A stretch of DNA of 64,000 bases from an uncultured Trueperella sp. (GTDB lineage: Bacteria; Actinomycetota; Actinomycetes; Actinomycetales; Actinomycetaceae), in the NCBI GenBank assembly GCA_964344395.1, contig CAYFNA010000001.1:5410-69409 (forward strand). The letters run 5' to 3'. This document shows positions 27,462 to 36,994 of the stretch, piece after piece; the stretch's first letter is position 1; each line of letters opens with the position of its first letter. The translations under genes were made by a program, and so were the position numbers. The notes under the pieces are model-generated. The model had not been told where the DNA came from. It worked only from the letters and a program-made list of their open reading frames with translations, and did no database searches.

Positions 27462-29336
27462 ATGCAACGAATTCACAGATTTCTCTCTCGTTACCCGCTT
27501 GTCGCTCTCGTGGCGATCACGGCGATCATCGGCGTAGCCCTCGAGCTCACGGGCAATAACGATGCCGCCAGGTGGTTCGTCTCCGGCGTCGCGGGATTCA
27601 TCGCCGTGCTGCAGTTCAAGGGCATGGTCGACACGCTTCGCGATGGCAGCTTCGGCATCGACATCCTCGCGGTCACGGCCATTGCCTCCACGATTGCCGT
27701 GGGGGAGTATTGGGCGGCGCTCGTCGTCTGCCTCATGCTCACCGGCGGCGAGGCGCTCGAAGATTACGCCGAGAACCGCGCCGGCGCTGAGCTGACGTCG
27801 CTGCTCGAGGGCGCGCCCACCGTTGCATATCGTCAGGGTGCCTCCGGCATCGAGGAGATCGATATCGACGCCGTTCAGGTGGGCGATCGGCTCGTCGTTC
27901 GGCCGCACGAGACCATCCCGGTCGATTCCCAGCTGATCTCCGAGTCGGCGCTCGTCGACGAGAGCCAGTTAACCGGCGAATCTCTCCCGGTGGAACACCA
28001 CGCGGGCGATTCACTCATGTCGGGCGCGATGAACGGCAACTCGACCATCGAGGTCGTTGCCGAAGTGACCGCCGCAAATTCGCAGTACCAGCGTATCGTG
28101 TCGCTCGTGAACGAGGCCCGTGAGTCCAAAGCGCCGTTCGTCCGGCTGGCCGACCGCGTTGCCGTTCCCTTCACGCTCGCTGCTTTCCTCATCGCGGGTA
28201 CCGCGTGGGCGCTGTCTGGAGACCCGATGAGATTCGCTCAGGTGCTCGTGGTCGCCACGCCGTGTCCGCTTATCATCGCTGCGCCCGTTGCCTTTATGGC
28301 CGGCATGTCCCGAGCCGCACGGTCGGGCCTCATCGTCAAGAACGCGGGCACGATCGAGCAGATCTCGAAGGTGCAGTCGGTCGCCTTCGATAAGACCGGC
28401 ACCCTCACACGCGGAGAGCCGGAGATCCACGTCGTCGATTCCGAGCTGGCGGAGTCAGAGATTCTGCAGCTTGCGGCAAGTGCGGAGCTCTACTCGTCAC
28501 ATCCGCTCGGCGAGGCGATCGTGGCCGCTGCGGGGCGCGACGTTCCCCAGCCCGAGGAGTCAAAGGACATCCCCGCTCAGGGAGTGGACGCAGTCGTCGA
28601 TGGGCGGCACGTCAAAGTCGGGAAGTATGGCTTCGTGACGGGCACGGACGAGCCCGCACCCCACGTCATGGAGGCTGGCCGATCTTCGATCTACGTGAGC
28701 GTGGATGGCGAGCTCGCTGGCCGCTTCGAGATGTCCGACCCGATCCGGCCCGAGACTCCGGCGTCACTCGACGCCGTCCACGCCATCGGCATCACCAACA
28801 CCGTCATGCTAACGGGCGATTCGCAGGAGACCGCCGAGCGTGTGGCGGCTGATCTCGGAATCAGCACCGTGCGCGCTGGCCTCCTGCCGCAGGGCAAGGT
28901 CAACGCCATTACGGACGTCAAGCCGGGCCCCGTCATGATGGTCGGTGACGGCGTCAACGATGCACCCGTCCTCGCCGCCTCGGATGTGGGCGTGGCCATG
29001 GGAGCCCGCGGCTCCGCAGCGGCAGTTGAGTCGGCCGATGTCGTCATCATGCTCGATGACCTCACGCGCATCCCGCGCCTGCTCCTGGTCGGTCAGCGCA
29101 CGATGCGCATCGCCTGGCAGGCCATAGCGATCGGTGTTGGATTCTCGGTCGTGCTCATGCTGATCGGCGCCACCGGAGTGATGTCCGCGTTCGTGGGCGC
29201 GTGGATGCAAGAGCTCGTCGATCTCGCGTGCATCCTATGGGCGCTGCTGGCCGCGCGCCCCTCAAAGGAAGAGAAGCAGCTGAGCGCTCGCTTCGCCGAT
29301 ACGCAGGCGGCGGTCCCTGACTCGGTGAGCGTGTAG
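27462..29336 (+). CDS. P1B-type heavy-metal-translocating ATPase (TPCP signature, no N-terminal metal-binding domain)
   Basis: DKTGTLT phosphorylation site, TGES actuator motif, MLTGD, MVGDGVNDAP hinge. TM motif ATPCPLIIA (codons at 28257-28268). Only about 6 TM helices and no CxxC/HMA domain. Confidence 0.88.
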   Translation: MQRIHRFLSRYPLVALVAITAIIGVALELTGNNDAARWFVSGVAGFIAVLQFKGMVDTLRDGSFGIDILAVTAIASTIAVGEYWAALVVCLMLTGGEALEDYAENRAGAELTSLLEGAPTVAYRQGASGIEEIDIDAVQVGDRLVVRPHETIPVDSQLISESALVDESQLTGESLPVEHHAGDSLMSGAMNGNSTIEVVAEVTAANSQYQRIVSLVNEARESKAPFVRLADRVAVPFTLAAFLIAGTAWALSGDPMRFAQVLVVATPCPLIIAAPVAFMAGMSRAARSGLIVKNAGTIEQISKVQSVAFDKTGTLTRGEPEIHVVDSELAESEILQLAASAELYSSHPLGEAIVAAAGRDVPQPEESKDIPAQGVDAVVDGRHVKVGKYGFVTGTDEPAPHVMEAGRSSIYVSVDGELAGRFEMSDPIRPETPASLDAVHAIGITNTVMLTGDSQETAERVAADLGISTVRAGLLPQGKVNAITDVKPGPVMMVGDGVNDAPVLAASDVGVAMGARGSAAAVESADVVIMLDDLTRIPRLLLVGQRTMRIAWQAIAIGVGFSVVLMLIGATGVMSAFVGAWMQELVDLACILWALLAARPSKEEKQLSARFADTQAAVPDSVSV

Positions 29337-29368
29337 CGCCTCATAGACACCCCACGAAATGGGCGATG

Positions 29369-29409
29369 ACGGCGAGTTCGCGCTATCCTTGTGAGCGTGA
29401 ACTCGCCGT
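29369..29409 (+). terminator. hairpin terminator after the P-type ATPase gene
   Basis: ACGGCGAGTTCGCGCT (29369-29384) pairs with AGCGTGAACTCGCCGT (29394-29409), a 16-bp stem with one wobble pair. It lies 33 nt after the stop. Confidence 0.55.
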
Positions 29410-29439
29410 TAATCTCGGCCCGACAAAGAATGGATAACT

Positions 29440-29997
29440 GTGGCAACCACGAATGATCTGAAGAATGGCATGATCCTCAAGCTCGATAACCAGCTGTGGC
29501 AGGTTGTCGAATTCCAGCACGTCAAACCAGGTAAGGGACCAGCCTTCGTTCGCACGAAGCTACGCAATGTGATGTCCGGCAAGAACGTCGACAAGACGAT
29601 GAACGCTGGCGTCAAGGTCGAAACGGCCACGGTTGACCGCCGCGACATGCAGTACCTATACAACGACGGCGAAGACTACGTCTTCATGGATCTACAGACG
29701 TACGAGCAGCTCAACGTCACGCCCGAGACCATGGGTGACGCCAAGAACTTCCTCCTTGAGAATGAGAACGCAACAGTCGCCATGTACGACGGCCAGGTGC
29801 TCTTCGTGGAGCTTCCCGCGACCGTGGTCCTCGAGATCACGTTCACCGAGCCCGGCCTGCAGGGGGACCGCTCGAACGCCGGAACGAAGCCTGCCACGCT
29901 GGAGACCGGCTACGAGATCCAGGTGCCGCTGTTCATTGATCAGGGCACCAAGGTCAAGGTTGATACCCGCTCCGGCGAGTACCTCGGCCGCGACTAA
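29440..29997 (+). CDS. efp: elongation factor P
   Basis: [42 protein letters not shown] is a canonical EF-P sequence. 185 aa, GTG start. Confidence 0.97.
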   Translation: MATTNDLKNGMILKLDNQLWQVVEFQHVKPGKGPAFVRTKLRNVMSGKNVDKTMNAGVKVETATVDRRDMQYLYNDGEDYVFMDLQTYEQLNVTPETMGDAKNFLLENENATVAMYDGQVLFVELPATVVLEITFTEPGLQGDRSNAGTKPATLETGYEIQVPLFIDQGTKVKVDTRSGEYLGRD

Positions 29998-30515
29998 TGT
30001 CTAAGTCAAAGAAACGTGTCAATCCGGAGCGGAAGGGTCGGTCACTTCAGCGTCAAAAGGCACTCGACGTCCTCTTCGAAGCTGATGCGCGCGCAACCGA
30101 TCTGCGCGAACTGCTTGAAGAGCGTAAGACCATTTCCACGAACATGGTGCCCATCGGGGAATACGGCATCACGATCGTTGACGCCTATGCGGATGCGGCC
30201 GGCGATGTCGATTCGATGATCGAGGCCGCGTCGCCCACGTGGTCGATCGCTCGCATGAGCACGGTGGATCGCAACCTGTTGCGCATCGGTGCCACGGAGA
30301 TCATGTTTCTCGGCGTGGACGTGCCCGTCGTTGTCTCTGAAATCAAGTCGCTCGCACGTGACCTGTCATCCGATTCCTCGGTCGGGTTCACGATGGGCGT
30401 GCTCAATCGCGTGGGGGAGATCCGCGCGGCTGAGACGGCGGGCTTGAACGACGACGTCGTGACGGTTCCGACAACCGAGCCAGACTCGGATGAGGCTACT
30501 GCGGACGAGGAGTGA
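29997..30515 (+). CDS. nusB: transcription antitermination factor NusB
   Basis: RQKALDVLFEAD ... DRNLLRIGATEI ... VVVSEIKSLARDLS is the NusB fold pattern. The ATG overlaps the efp stop (TAATG). Acidic C-terminal extension. Confidence 0.9.
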   Translation: MSKSKKRVNPERKGRSLQRQKALDVLFEADARATDLRELLEERKTISTNMVPIGEYGITIVDAYADAAGDVDSMIEAASPTWSIARMSTVDRNLLRIGATEIMFLGVDVPVVVSEIKSLARDLSSDSSVGFTMGVLNRVGEIRAAETAGLNDDVVTVPTTEPDSDEATADEE

Positions 30516-30537
30516 GACACATTCTCCTCGCCATATG

Positions 30538-30570
30538 GACGCCGGCCATTGTGCCGGCGTCTTGTTTTTA
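30538..30570 (+). terminator. intrinsic terminator after nusB
   Basis: Perfect 9-bp stem GACGCCGGC (30538-30546) / GCCGGCGTC (30553-30561) with a 6-nt loop, followed by TTGTTTTTA. Confidence 0.75.
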
Positions 30571-30602
30571 TGATGGTCTCTAGCCAACCAGAAGGAGCAT
30601 CC

Positions 30603-31010
30603 ATGGACAGTCAGGCAAGGATCTTGTGCGAGGATGGAACGGTTTTCACCGGACGAGCCTTCGGAGCACGAGGCCGAGCCTCTGGCCGGCTCATCGTGAG
30701 CACCACGGCCACTGGCTATGAGAACGTCATCCTCGACGCCACCAACGCAGGTGCCATCGCCGCGTTCACCACGCCCCACATTGGCAATACCGGCCTGAAC
30801 CTCGGCGAGTTCGGCGCCGATGGCATCGCAGTGGCGGGCATCATCGCTCGCGATCCTGTGCCGCGATCCTCCTCGACCCACGCAACTGCCGAACTGGTTT
30901 CCCAGATGGAGGCGGACGGCGTCGTTGGAATCCGCGATGTCGATACCCGAGCCCTCACTCGTCACGCGCGCGGGCGCGAGCTCAACGTGACGATCGAAAG
31001 CGAGATGTAA
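30603..31010 (+). CDS. carA: carbamoyl-phosphate synthase small-subunit N-terminal domain only (no glutaminase domain)
   Basis: 135 aa aligning to roughly the first 140 residues of CarA ([18 protein letters not shown]..., [25 protein letters not shown]). GAAGGAG lies 6 nt upstream of the ATG at 30603. The stop overlaps the carB ATG (TAATG). The longer ORF from 30549 would start inside the nusB terminator. Confidence 0.75.
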   Translation: MDSQARILCEDGTVFTGRAFGARGRASGRLIVSTTATGYENVILDATNAGAIAAFTTPHIGNTGLNLGEFGADGIAVAGIIARDPVPRSSSTHATAELVSQMEADGVVGIRDVDTRALTRHARGRELNVTIESEM

Positions 31011-34000
31011 TGCCACGGCGAACAGACATCGAGTCCATCCTCGTCATCGGCTCTGGCCCGATCGTCATCGGCCAGGCGTGCGAATTTGATTACTCGGGCA
31101 CGCAAGCATGCCGCGTGCTCAAGGAGGAGGGCTACCGCGTGGTCCTCGTCAACTCCAATCCGGCAACGATCATGACGGATCCGGATCTCGCGGACGCCAC
31201 CTACATAGAGCCGATCACCCCAGACGTCGTGGCAACGATCATCGAGCGAGAGCGACCCTACGCCGCTCTGGCGACTCTTGGCGGTCAGACGGCGCTGAAC
31301 ACGGCGATGGCACTGGCCGATAACGGCACGTTTGAGACCTATGGCGTGGAATTCCTTGGTGCGGACGCGGAGGCGATCCGCAAGGGCGAGGACCGGCAGG
31401 CGTTCAAGGAGGTCGTTGACGCCTGCGGCGGGGAATCCGCCCGTTCGCACATCGCACACAGCCTCGATGAGTGCTTCGATGCGGCGCAGGACCTTGGATA
31501 TCCGCTCGTCGTGCGCCCCTCCTTCACGATGGGTGGGCTTGGCTCGGGCCTTGCACATACGCCCGAGGAGCTCGAGCGGATCGTCGGGGGAGGCCTGCAC
31601 TATTCGCACACGGCCGAGGTTCTACTCGAGGAGTCGATCCTTGGCTGGAAGGAAATCGAGCTCGAGGTCATTCGCGACGCCGACGACGTGGCAATCCTCG
31701 TGTGCTCGATCGAGAATTTCGATCCCGTTGGCGTGCACACCGGCGATTCCATTACGATGGCGCCCGCGCTGACCCTAACCGACGCCGAGTACACGGCGGT
31801 ACGCGATCTGGGAATCGCCATCGTCCGCGAAGTGGGGCTCGCCGCAGGCGGATGTAACATCCAGATGGCGATCGAGCCGGAGACCGGCCGCATGGTCGTC
31901 ATAGAAATGAATCCGCGCGTCTCGCGCTCATCCGCGCTCGCCTCGAAGGCCACCGGCGTCCCGATCGCCAAGGTGACCACCAAGCTCGCGGTGGGCTACA
32001 CGCTCGATGAGATCACCAACGACATGACCGGCGAGCCTCTCTCCGCGGGCGACCCGGCCGTGGACTACGTCGTCGTAAAAATCCCGCGCTTTGCGTTCGA
32101 AAAGTTCCCGGCGGCTGACGACACGCTGACGACGACGATGAAGTCGGTCGGCGAGGCCATGGCGCTCGGCCGCAACTTCACCGAGGCGCTTCAAAAAGCC
32201 ATGCGCTCGATCGACAAGAAGGGCTCAACGTTCCACTGGCGAGGTGAGCCCGACGTCGATGCGCTCCTCGCGTCGATGGCACGGCCCACGCAGGATCGGA
32301 TCATCGAGGTGCAGCAGGCGCTGCGCGGCGGGGCCAGCGTCGAGCAGGTCAACGAGGTGACGGCAATCGATCCACTCTTCCTCGACCAGATCGTGCTCAT
32401 CAATGACGTGGCCGAGGAGATCGCGAGCGCGCAGGCGCTCACGCGCGAGGTCATGGAGACGGCTAAGCGGCACGGATTCTCCGACCAGCAGATCGCCGAG
32501 ATCCGCGGCATCGGCGAGGCTGCCGTGCGCGAAGTTCGGTGGGCATATGGGCTTCATCCCGTGTACAAGATGGTCGATACCTGCGCTGGAACGCGCGAAT
32601 CCACGACCGCCTACATGTACTCGACCTACGAGCAGGAGTCGGAGGTTCTCCCGCGTGAAAAGCCGGCCGTGCTCATTCTTGGTTCGGGGCCGAATCGTAT
32701 CGGTCAGGGTCTCGAGTTCGACTATTCGTGCGTGCAGGCTACCTTCGCGCTGGGCGAGGACTACGAGACGATCATTATCAACTGCAATCCCGAGACCGTC
32801 TCCACCGATTACGACATTTCCGATCGGCTCTACTTCGAACCGTTGACGCTCGAGGACGTGCTGGAAATCTATCGCGCGGAGTCGGAGGCAGGTCCCATTG
32901 CAGGCGTCATCGTCCAGCTGGGTGGACAGACGCCGCTCTCGCTCGCCAAGGATCTCGAGGCGGCGGGACTGCCCATCGTCGGCACGTCGCCAAAAGCGAT
33001 CGACCTGGCGGAGGATCGCGCTCTCTTTGGCACCGTGCTCGAAGACGCCGGCCTGCAGGCCCCCGATTTCGGCACGGCGATGAACGACTCGCAGGCACTC
33101 GAGGTCGCAGAGTCCATCGGTTATCCGGTGCTCGTTCGCCCCTCGTATGTGCTCGGTGGCCGCGGCATGCAGATCGTCTTCTCCCGGTCGGAGATGGAGG
33201 AGTACCTCGAGCGACGCGAGTCTGAGAAGACCGACGCCTCGCGCGTGGCCTCTCCGCTGCTCATCGATCGCTTCCTCGACGACGCCGTGGAGATCGACGT
33301 CGACGCCCTGTACGACGGCGAGGAACTGTTCCTCGGCGGCGTCATGCAACACATCGAAGAAGCGGGCATCCACTCGGGCGACTCGGCCTGCGTCATGCCG
33401 CCCCTGACGATCTCCCAAGCGCTGATCGACACAATCTACGAGGCCACGGAGGCGATTGCCAAGGGCGTCGGAGTCATCGGCCTGTTGAACATTCAGTACG
33501 CGATCCGCTCGGGAATCCTCTACGTGATCGAGGCAAACCCGCGCGCCTCGCGCACGGTTCCCTTCGTATCGAAGGCGGCGGGCGTCTCGCTGGCCCCGGC
33601 CGCCACGCGCGTCATGATGGGCGAGACCATCGCCGAGCTCAAGGCCGACGGCTCGCTACCCGAGGTGGACGCCCGGGTGCTCGATCTTGACGGGCCAATT
33701 TCGGTCAAGGAAGCCGTGCTTCCGTTCAAGCGCTTCGTCACGACGCACGGGCGGGTTGTGGACACCGTACTCGGCCCCGAGATGCGCTCAACGGGCGAGG
33801 TCATGGGTATCGACTCGACCTTCCCGGTGGCGTTCGCCAAGGCCCAGGCGGGCGCGTATGGCGGCCTTCCGACGTCGGGAAGCGTGTTTGTCTCGGTGTC
33901 TGACGACGACAAGTCCGGCATGATTTTTCCGGTCTCGCAGCTGGTGGACATGGGCTTTACGATCTACGCGACGTCCGGGACCTCGCGCGTGCTTGGGCGC

Positions 34001-34279
34001 TATGGCATCACGTCGACTCACGTTGACAAGATTTCGGAGCAGCCAGACCACAACGTCGTCCACCTCATCACTTCCGGCAAGATCGACATGGTGGTCAATA
34101 CTCCGAACTACAAAGGCAGCCGCGCGGACGGCTATTCCATCCGCGCTGCGACAACGGCCGCCGACCTTCCGATCATGACGACGATCGCGGAATTCGGTGC
34201 GGCGGTCCAGGCGATTAAAGACCAGCGTGAGCAGGAGTTCAGGGTCGTGACGCTCCAGGAACACAACGCGGGTAAATAA
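31010..34279 (+). CDS. carB: carbamoyl-phosphate synthase large subunit
   Basis: 1089 aa. Duplicated ATP-grasp halves ([24 protein letters not shown]; [24 protein letters not shown]), an oligomerisation domain and a C-terminal MGS-like domain. It appears intact. Confidence 0.97.
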   Translation: MPRRTDIESILVIGSGPIVIGQACEFDYSGTQACRVLKEEGYRVVLVNSNPATIMTDPDLADATYIEPITPDVVATIIERERPYAALATLGGQTALNTAMALADNGTFETYGVEFLGADAEAIRKGEDRQAFKEVVDACGGESARSHIAHSLDECFDAAQDLGYPLVVRPSFTMGGLGSGLAHTPEELERIVGGGLHYSHTAEVLLEESILGWKEIELEVIRDADDVAILVCSIENFDPVGVHTGDSITMAPALTLTDAEYTAVRDLGIAIVREVGLAAGGCNIQMAIEPETGRMVVIEMNPRVSRSSALASKATGVPIAKVTTKLAVGYTLDEITNDMTGEPLSAGDPAVDYVVVKIPRFAFEKFPAADDTLTTTMKSVGEAMALGRNFTEALQKAMRSIDKKGSTFHWRGEPDVDALLASMARPTQDRIIEVQQALRGGASVEQVNEVTAIDPLFLDQIVLINDVAEEIASAQALTREVMETAKRHGFSDQQIAEIRGIGEAAVREVRWAYGLHPVYKMVDTCAGTRESTTAYMYSTYEQESEVLPREKPAVLILGSGPNRIGQGLEFDYSCVQATFALGEDYETIIINCNPETVSTDYDISDRLYFEPLTLEDVLEIYRAESEAGPIAGVIVQLGGQTPLSLAKDLEAAGLPIVGTSPKAIDLAEDRALFGTVLEDAGLQAPDFGTAMNDSQALEVAESIGYPVLVRPSYVLGGRGMQIVFSRSEMEEYLERRESEKTDASRVASPLLIDRFLDDAVEIDVDALYDGEELFLGGVMQHIEEAGIHSGDSACVMPPLTISQALIDTIYEATEAIAKGVGVIGLLNIQYAIRSGILYVIEANPRASRTVPFVSKAAGVSLAPAATRVMMGETIAELKADGSLPEVDARVLDLDGPISVKEAVLPFKRFVTTHGRVVDTVLGPEMRSTGEVMGIDSTFPVAFAKAQAGAYGGLPTSGSVFVSVSDDDKSGMIFPVSQLVDMGFTIYATSGTSRVLGRYGITSTHVDKISEQPDHNVVHLITSGKIDMVVNTPNYKGSRADGYSIRAATTAADLPIMTTIAEFGAAVQAIKDQREQEFRVVTLQEHNAGK

Positions 34280-34409
34280 GCAGGTACCTCGCTTGCATGT
34301 TTGGCTCGCGTGTCGCGCGGTCATGCCATAATGCGGCTGTGACCAGTGCAAATACACAACTCTAAAATGTTCGACGGCAAATGGCATTAAACGGCGGTAA
34401 TTTGCTCCT

Positions 34410-34437
34410 TTGAACGCTATATTTACGGTAATAGAGT
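34410..34437 (+). promoter_or_regulatory. candidate sigma-A-type promoter for mihF
   Basis: TTGAAC (34410-34415), a 16-nt spacer, then TAGAGT (34432-34437). It lies in an AT-richer 178-nt gap about 20 nt upstream of the mihF ATG. Confidence 0.3.
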
Positions 34438-34456
34438 CAAGTGTGAGGAGAACATC

Positions 34457-34768
34457 ATGGCTTTACCAATCCTTACGCCCGAGGAGCGCAAAGCCGCGCT
34501 TGAGAAGGCGGCTGTTGCTCGCAAGCGTCGCGCAACGATCAAAGAAGAGTTGAAAACCGGGGGAACCAAGCTGTCGGACGTTCTCGCACTCGCTAAGGAC
34601 GATCCGGTCGTCGCCAAACTCAAGGTGACCTCACTCTTGCAGGCCATGCCTGGGGTGGGGCCGGCTAAGAGCGCGTCGATTATGGAGACGGCGAAGATTT
34701 CTCCCTCGCGCCGCGTCGGTGGTCTTGGCAAGCACCAAGCTCAGCGCCTCATTGACCTGTTCGGTTAA
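34457..34768 (+). CDS. mihF: actinobacterial integration host factor MihF
   Basis: MALPILTPEERKAALEKAAVARKRRA... and LLQAMPGVGPAKSASIM (helix-hairpin-helix). Conserved position before gmk. Confidence 0.9.
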   Translation: MALPILTPEERKAALEKAAVARKRRATIKEELKTGGTKLSDVLALAKDDPVVAKLKVTSLLQAMPGVGPAKSASIMETAKISPSRRVGGLGKHQAQRLIDLFG

Positions 34769-34789
34769 TTAGGCCTTCGACGCACTCTG

Positions 34790-34820
34790 GCGGCACCTTT
34801 CGGGGTGCCGCTTTCTTGTG
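34790..34820 (+). terminator. intrinsic terminator after mihF
   Basis: GCGGCACC (34790-34797) / GGTGCCGC (34804-34811) stem followed by TTTCTTGTG. Confidence 0.7.
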
Positions 34821-34863
34821 CGGCGTGTGGCACGGGTGGGCCGATTTCTGGCACGATGGATCC

Positions 34864-35418
34864 ATGGCAAAAGCGTTTGTGTTGACTGGTCCCACCGCAG
34901 TTGGCAAGGGCACGGTGATCGCGGAGTTGACCGCGGCGCGCCCGGACATCTGGTTTTCGATTTCAGCGACGACGCGCGCGCCCAGGCCCACCGAGGTGGA
35001 CGGCGTGAACTACTACTTCCTGTCGGACGAGGAATTCGACCACATGGTTCACGACGACGAGATGCTCGAGTGGGCGGTTGTTCACGGCCTGGCCAAGTAC
35101 GGAACGCCACGCGGGCCCGTCGAGGCGGCACTGGAGAAGGGGCACACCGTGCTCCTCGAAGTCGATCTTGCCGGTGCGCGGCAGGTGCGCGAATCGATGC
35201 CGAGCGCCGAGCAGATCTTCCTCGCGCCCCCCTCGTGGAACGATCTTGAGGCGAGGCTGCGCGGGCGCGGCACCGAAACCGAAGAAGAGCAGCGCCGCAG
35301 ACTGGAGACGGCGAGGGTGGAACTGGCTGCGGAAGCCGAGTTTGACCACGTCGTCGTCAATACGACAGTGGCACAAGCCACCGCAGACCTACTTAAAATT
35401 ATGGACCGAGCCGACTAG
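34864..35418 (+). CDS. gmk: guanylate kinase
   Basis: VLTGPTAVGKGTV P-loop, SATTRAPRPTEVDGVNYYF, EWAVVHG. The ATG at 34864 lies downstream of the mihF terminator; the ORF opens at 34816, inside that terminator. Confidence 0.95.
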   Translation: MAKAFVLTGPTAVGKGTVIAELTAARPDIWFSISATTRAPRPTEVDGVNYYFLSDEEFDHMVHDDEMLEWAVVHGLAKYGTPRGPVEAALEKGHTVLLEVDLAGARQVRESMPSAEQIFLAPPSWNDLEARLRGRGTETEEEQRRRLETARVELAAEAEFDHVVVNTTVAQATADLLKIMDRAD

Positions 35419-35472
35419 ACTTAAAGGCTGATACCTTGGCTATCCAAGGTAAACCATCGTGGAGAGGCAAAC

Positions 35473-35739
35473 ATGTTCGGAACGACCCCCAATCCTGAGG
35501 GCATTACCTCGCCGGCAATCGATGAATTGCTGGACAAGGTAGATTCGAAGTACACGCTCGCAGTGCTCAGCGCTGCGCGTGCTCGCCAGATCAACTCCTA
35601 CCGTCAGGAAATGAAGTCCGGCGATCAAAACGTCACCAATATTGGACCGCTGGTTCCAGCGACGCCCGAGGACAAGCCTCTGTCGGTAGCTCTCGAAGAG
35701 ATTGCCGAAGACAAGCTCTCGATGTCCCTTGATGACTAA
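35473..35739 (+). CDS. rpoZ: DNA-directed RNA polymerase subunit omega
   Basis: [32 protein letters not shown] is a canonical omega N-terminus; 88 aa. Confidence 0.9.
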   Translation: MFGTTPNPEGITSPAIDELLDKVDSKYTLAVLSAARARQINSYRQEMKSGDQNVTNIGPLVPATPEDKPLSVALEEIAEDKLSMSLDD

Positions 35740-36994
35740 TAGCTCGGGAGCCTCCCATCGGGGAGGCTCTTTTGTTTCTACGCCGCGCGTCCTCCTCGGA
35801 GTGACGGGCGGTATTGCCGCGTATAAGGTCCCCGCTGTCGTTCGGGGTCTGCGCGAAGCGGGGATCGACGTCGTCGTGGCGCCGACCCCCGAATCGCTGA
35901 ACTTCGTGGGTAAGACGACGTGGGAGGCCATCTCTGGCAATCCCGTTCACGTGTATACGCCCGAGGGCGCGGACGAGGTGGTGCACGTGCACACGGGCCA
36001 GGACGCCGACCTCGTTCTGATTGCTCCGGCCACAGCAAATACGATGGCGAAGATCGCCGCCGGTATCGCGGATAACCTGCTCACCGCCTCGGTGCTCGTT
36101 GCGACCGCGCCCGTCGTTCTCGCGCCAGCAATGCACACGGAAATGTGGAACAACGCCGCCACGCAGGCCAACGTGGCTACCTTGCGCGAGCGCGGCGTGG
36201 AATTCATCGGTCCCGAATCGGGGCGCCTGACAGGTCAAGATTCCGGTATTGGACGCATGAGTGAGCCCGATACGATTGTGGCGGCGGTCCTCGATCGTCT
36301 CGGTGCGCCCGCCCGCCGTGAGGCCGACCTCGCCGGTCTGCGGATCGCCATCAGCGCCGGCGGCACACGCGAGCCCATCGATCCCGTGCGGTTCATCGCG
36401 AACCGCTCGACCGGCCGGATGGGCGTGGCCCTTGCCAATGAGGCGGCAGCCCGCGGCGCCGAGGTCCACCTCGGCGCGGCGAATATCGAAACTGCCGTGT
36501 TAGCCGATCTCGATCCCACCGTGCAGGTGATTCCCGTCGGATCCGCGCTCGAGCTGCAGTCTGCGATGGAATATCTTGCCGCGAGTGCGGACGTGCTCGT
36601 TATGAGCGCGGCCGTATCCGATTTTCGCGTCGAATCGAGCTCTGAGACGAAGTTGAAGCGCGACGGCGATCTCCGGCTCACGCTCGTTGAGAATCCCGAC
36701 ATCTTGGCCGGGCTCGCACGCGAGCGGCGCGAGGGACAAACCATCGTGGGCTTTGCGGCCGAGACCGGTGACGCTGATACGGACTACCTCGAATTCGGCC
36801 GGCAGAAGGCGCGCCGCAAAGGTGCTGACCTGCTCGTGATCAATCGAGTGGGCACGGAGGCCGGGTTTGGTGACGTGGATACGGCAGTGACGATTGTTGA
36901 CCGCAATGGCGGCACCGTGGCTGAGGCAGCCGGCTCGAAGGCCGATGCCGCCGCCGCGATTATTGATTCAATTAAGACATGCAGGACGAACTAA
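35732..36994 (+). CDS. coaBC: bifunctional phosphopantothenoylcysteine decarboxylase / phosphopantothenate-cysteine ligase
   Basis: [13 protein letters not shown] flavoprotein motif, [33 protein letters not shown] (CoaB). The ATG at 35732 overlaps the rpoZ stop. No other in-frame ATG/GTG/TTG lies before the conserved GVTGG. Confidence 0.88.
   Translation: MTNSSGASHRGGSFVSTPRVLLGVTGGIAAYKVPAVVRGLREAGIDVVVAPTPESLNFVGKTTWEAISGNPVHVYTPEGADEVVHVHTGQDADLVLIAPATANTMAKIAAGIADNLLTASVLVATAPVVLAPAMHTEMWNNAATQANVATLRERGVEFIGPESGRLTGQDSGIGRMSEPDTIVAAVLDRLGAPARREADLAGLRIAISAGGTREPIDPVRFIANRSTGRMGVALANEAAARGAEVHLGAANIETAVLADLDPTVQVIPVGSALELQSAMEYLAASADVLVMSAAVSDFRVESSSETKLKRDGDLRLTLVENPDILAGLARERREGQTIVGFAAETGDADTDYLEFGRQKARRKGADLLVINRVGTEAGFGDVDTAVTIVDRNGGTVAEAAGSKADAAAAIIDSIKTCRTN
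35748..35778 (+). terminator. intrinsic terminator immediately after rpoZ, inside the first codons of coaBC
   Basis: 9-bp perfect stem GAGCCTCCC (35748-35756) / GGGAGGCTC (35761-35769) with loop ATCG, followed by TTTTGTTTC. Confidence 0.65.

Noticed and set aside
30549-30602. Longer start for the carA remnant (MCRRLVFMMVSS...)
   Set aside because: This start would lie inside the nusB terminator hairpin and T-tract. The ATG at 30603 has a strong GAAGGAG SD and aligns with the CarA N-terminus.
32225-33418. 397-aa ORF antisense to carB. Similar cases: 16230-17192 versus rarA, 5598-6389 versus the DEAD-box helicase, 18847-19920 versus alaS
   Set aside because: All lie opposite strongly supported genes and show the mirrored codon bias expected from high third-position GC. 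None has start-site or motif support.
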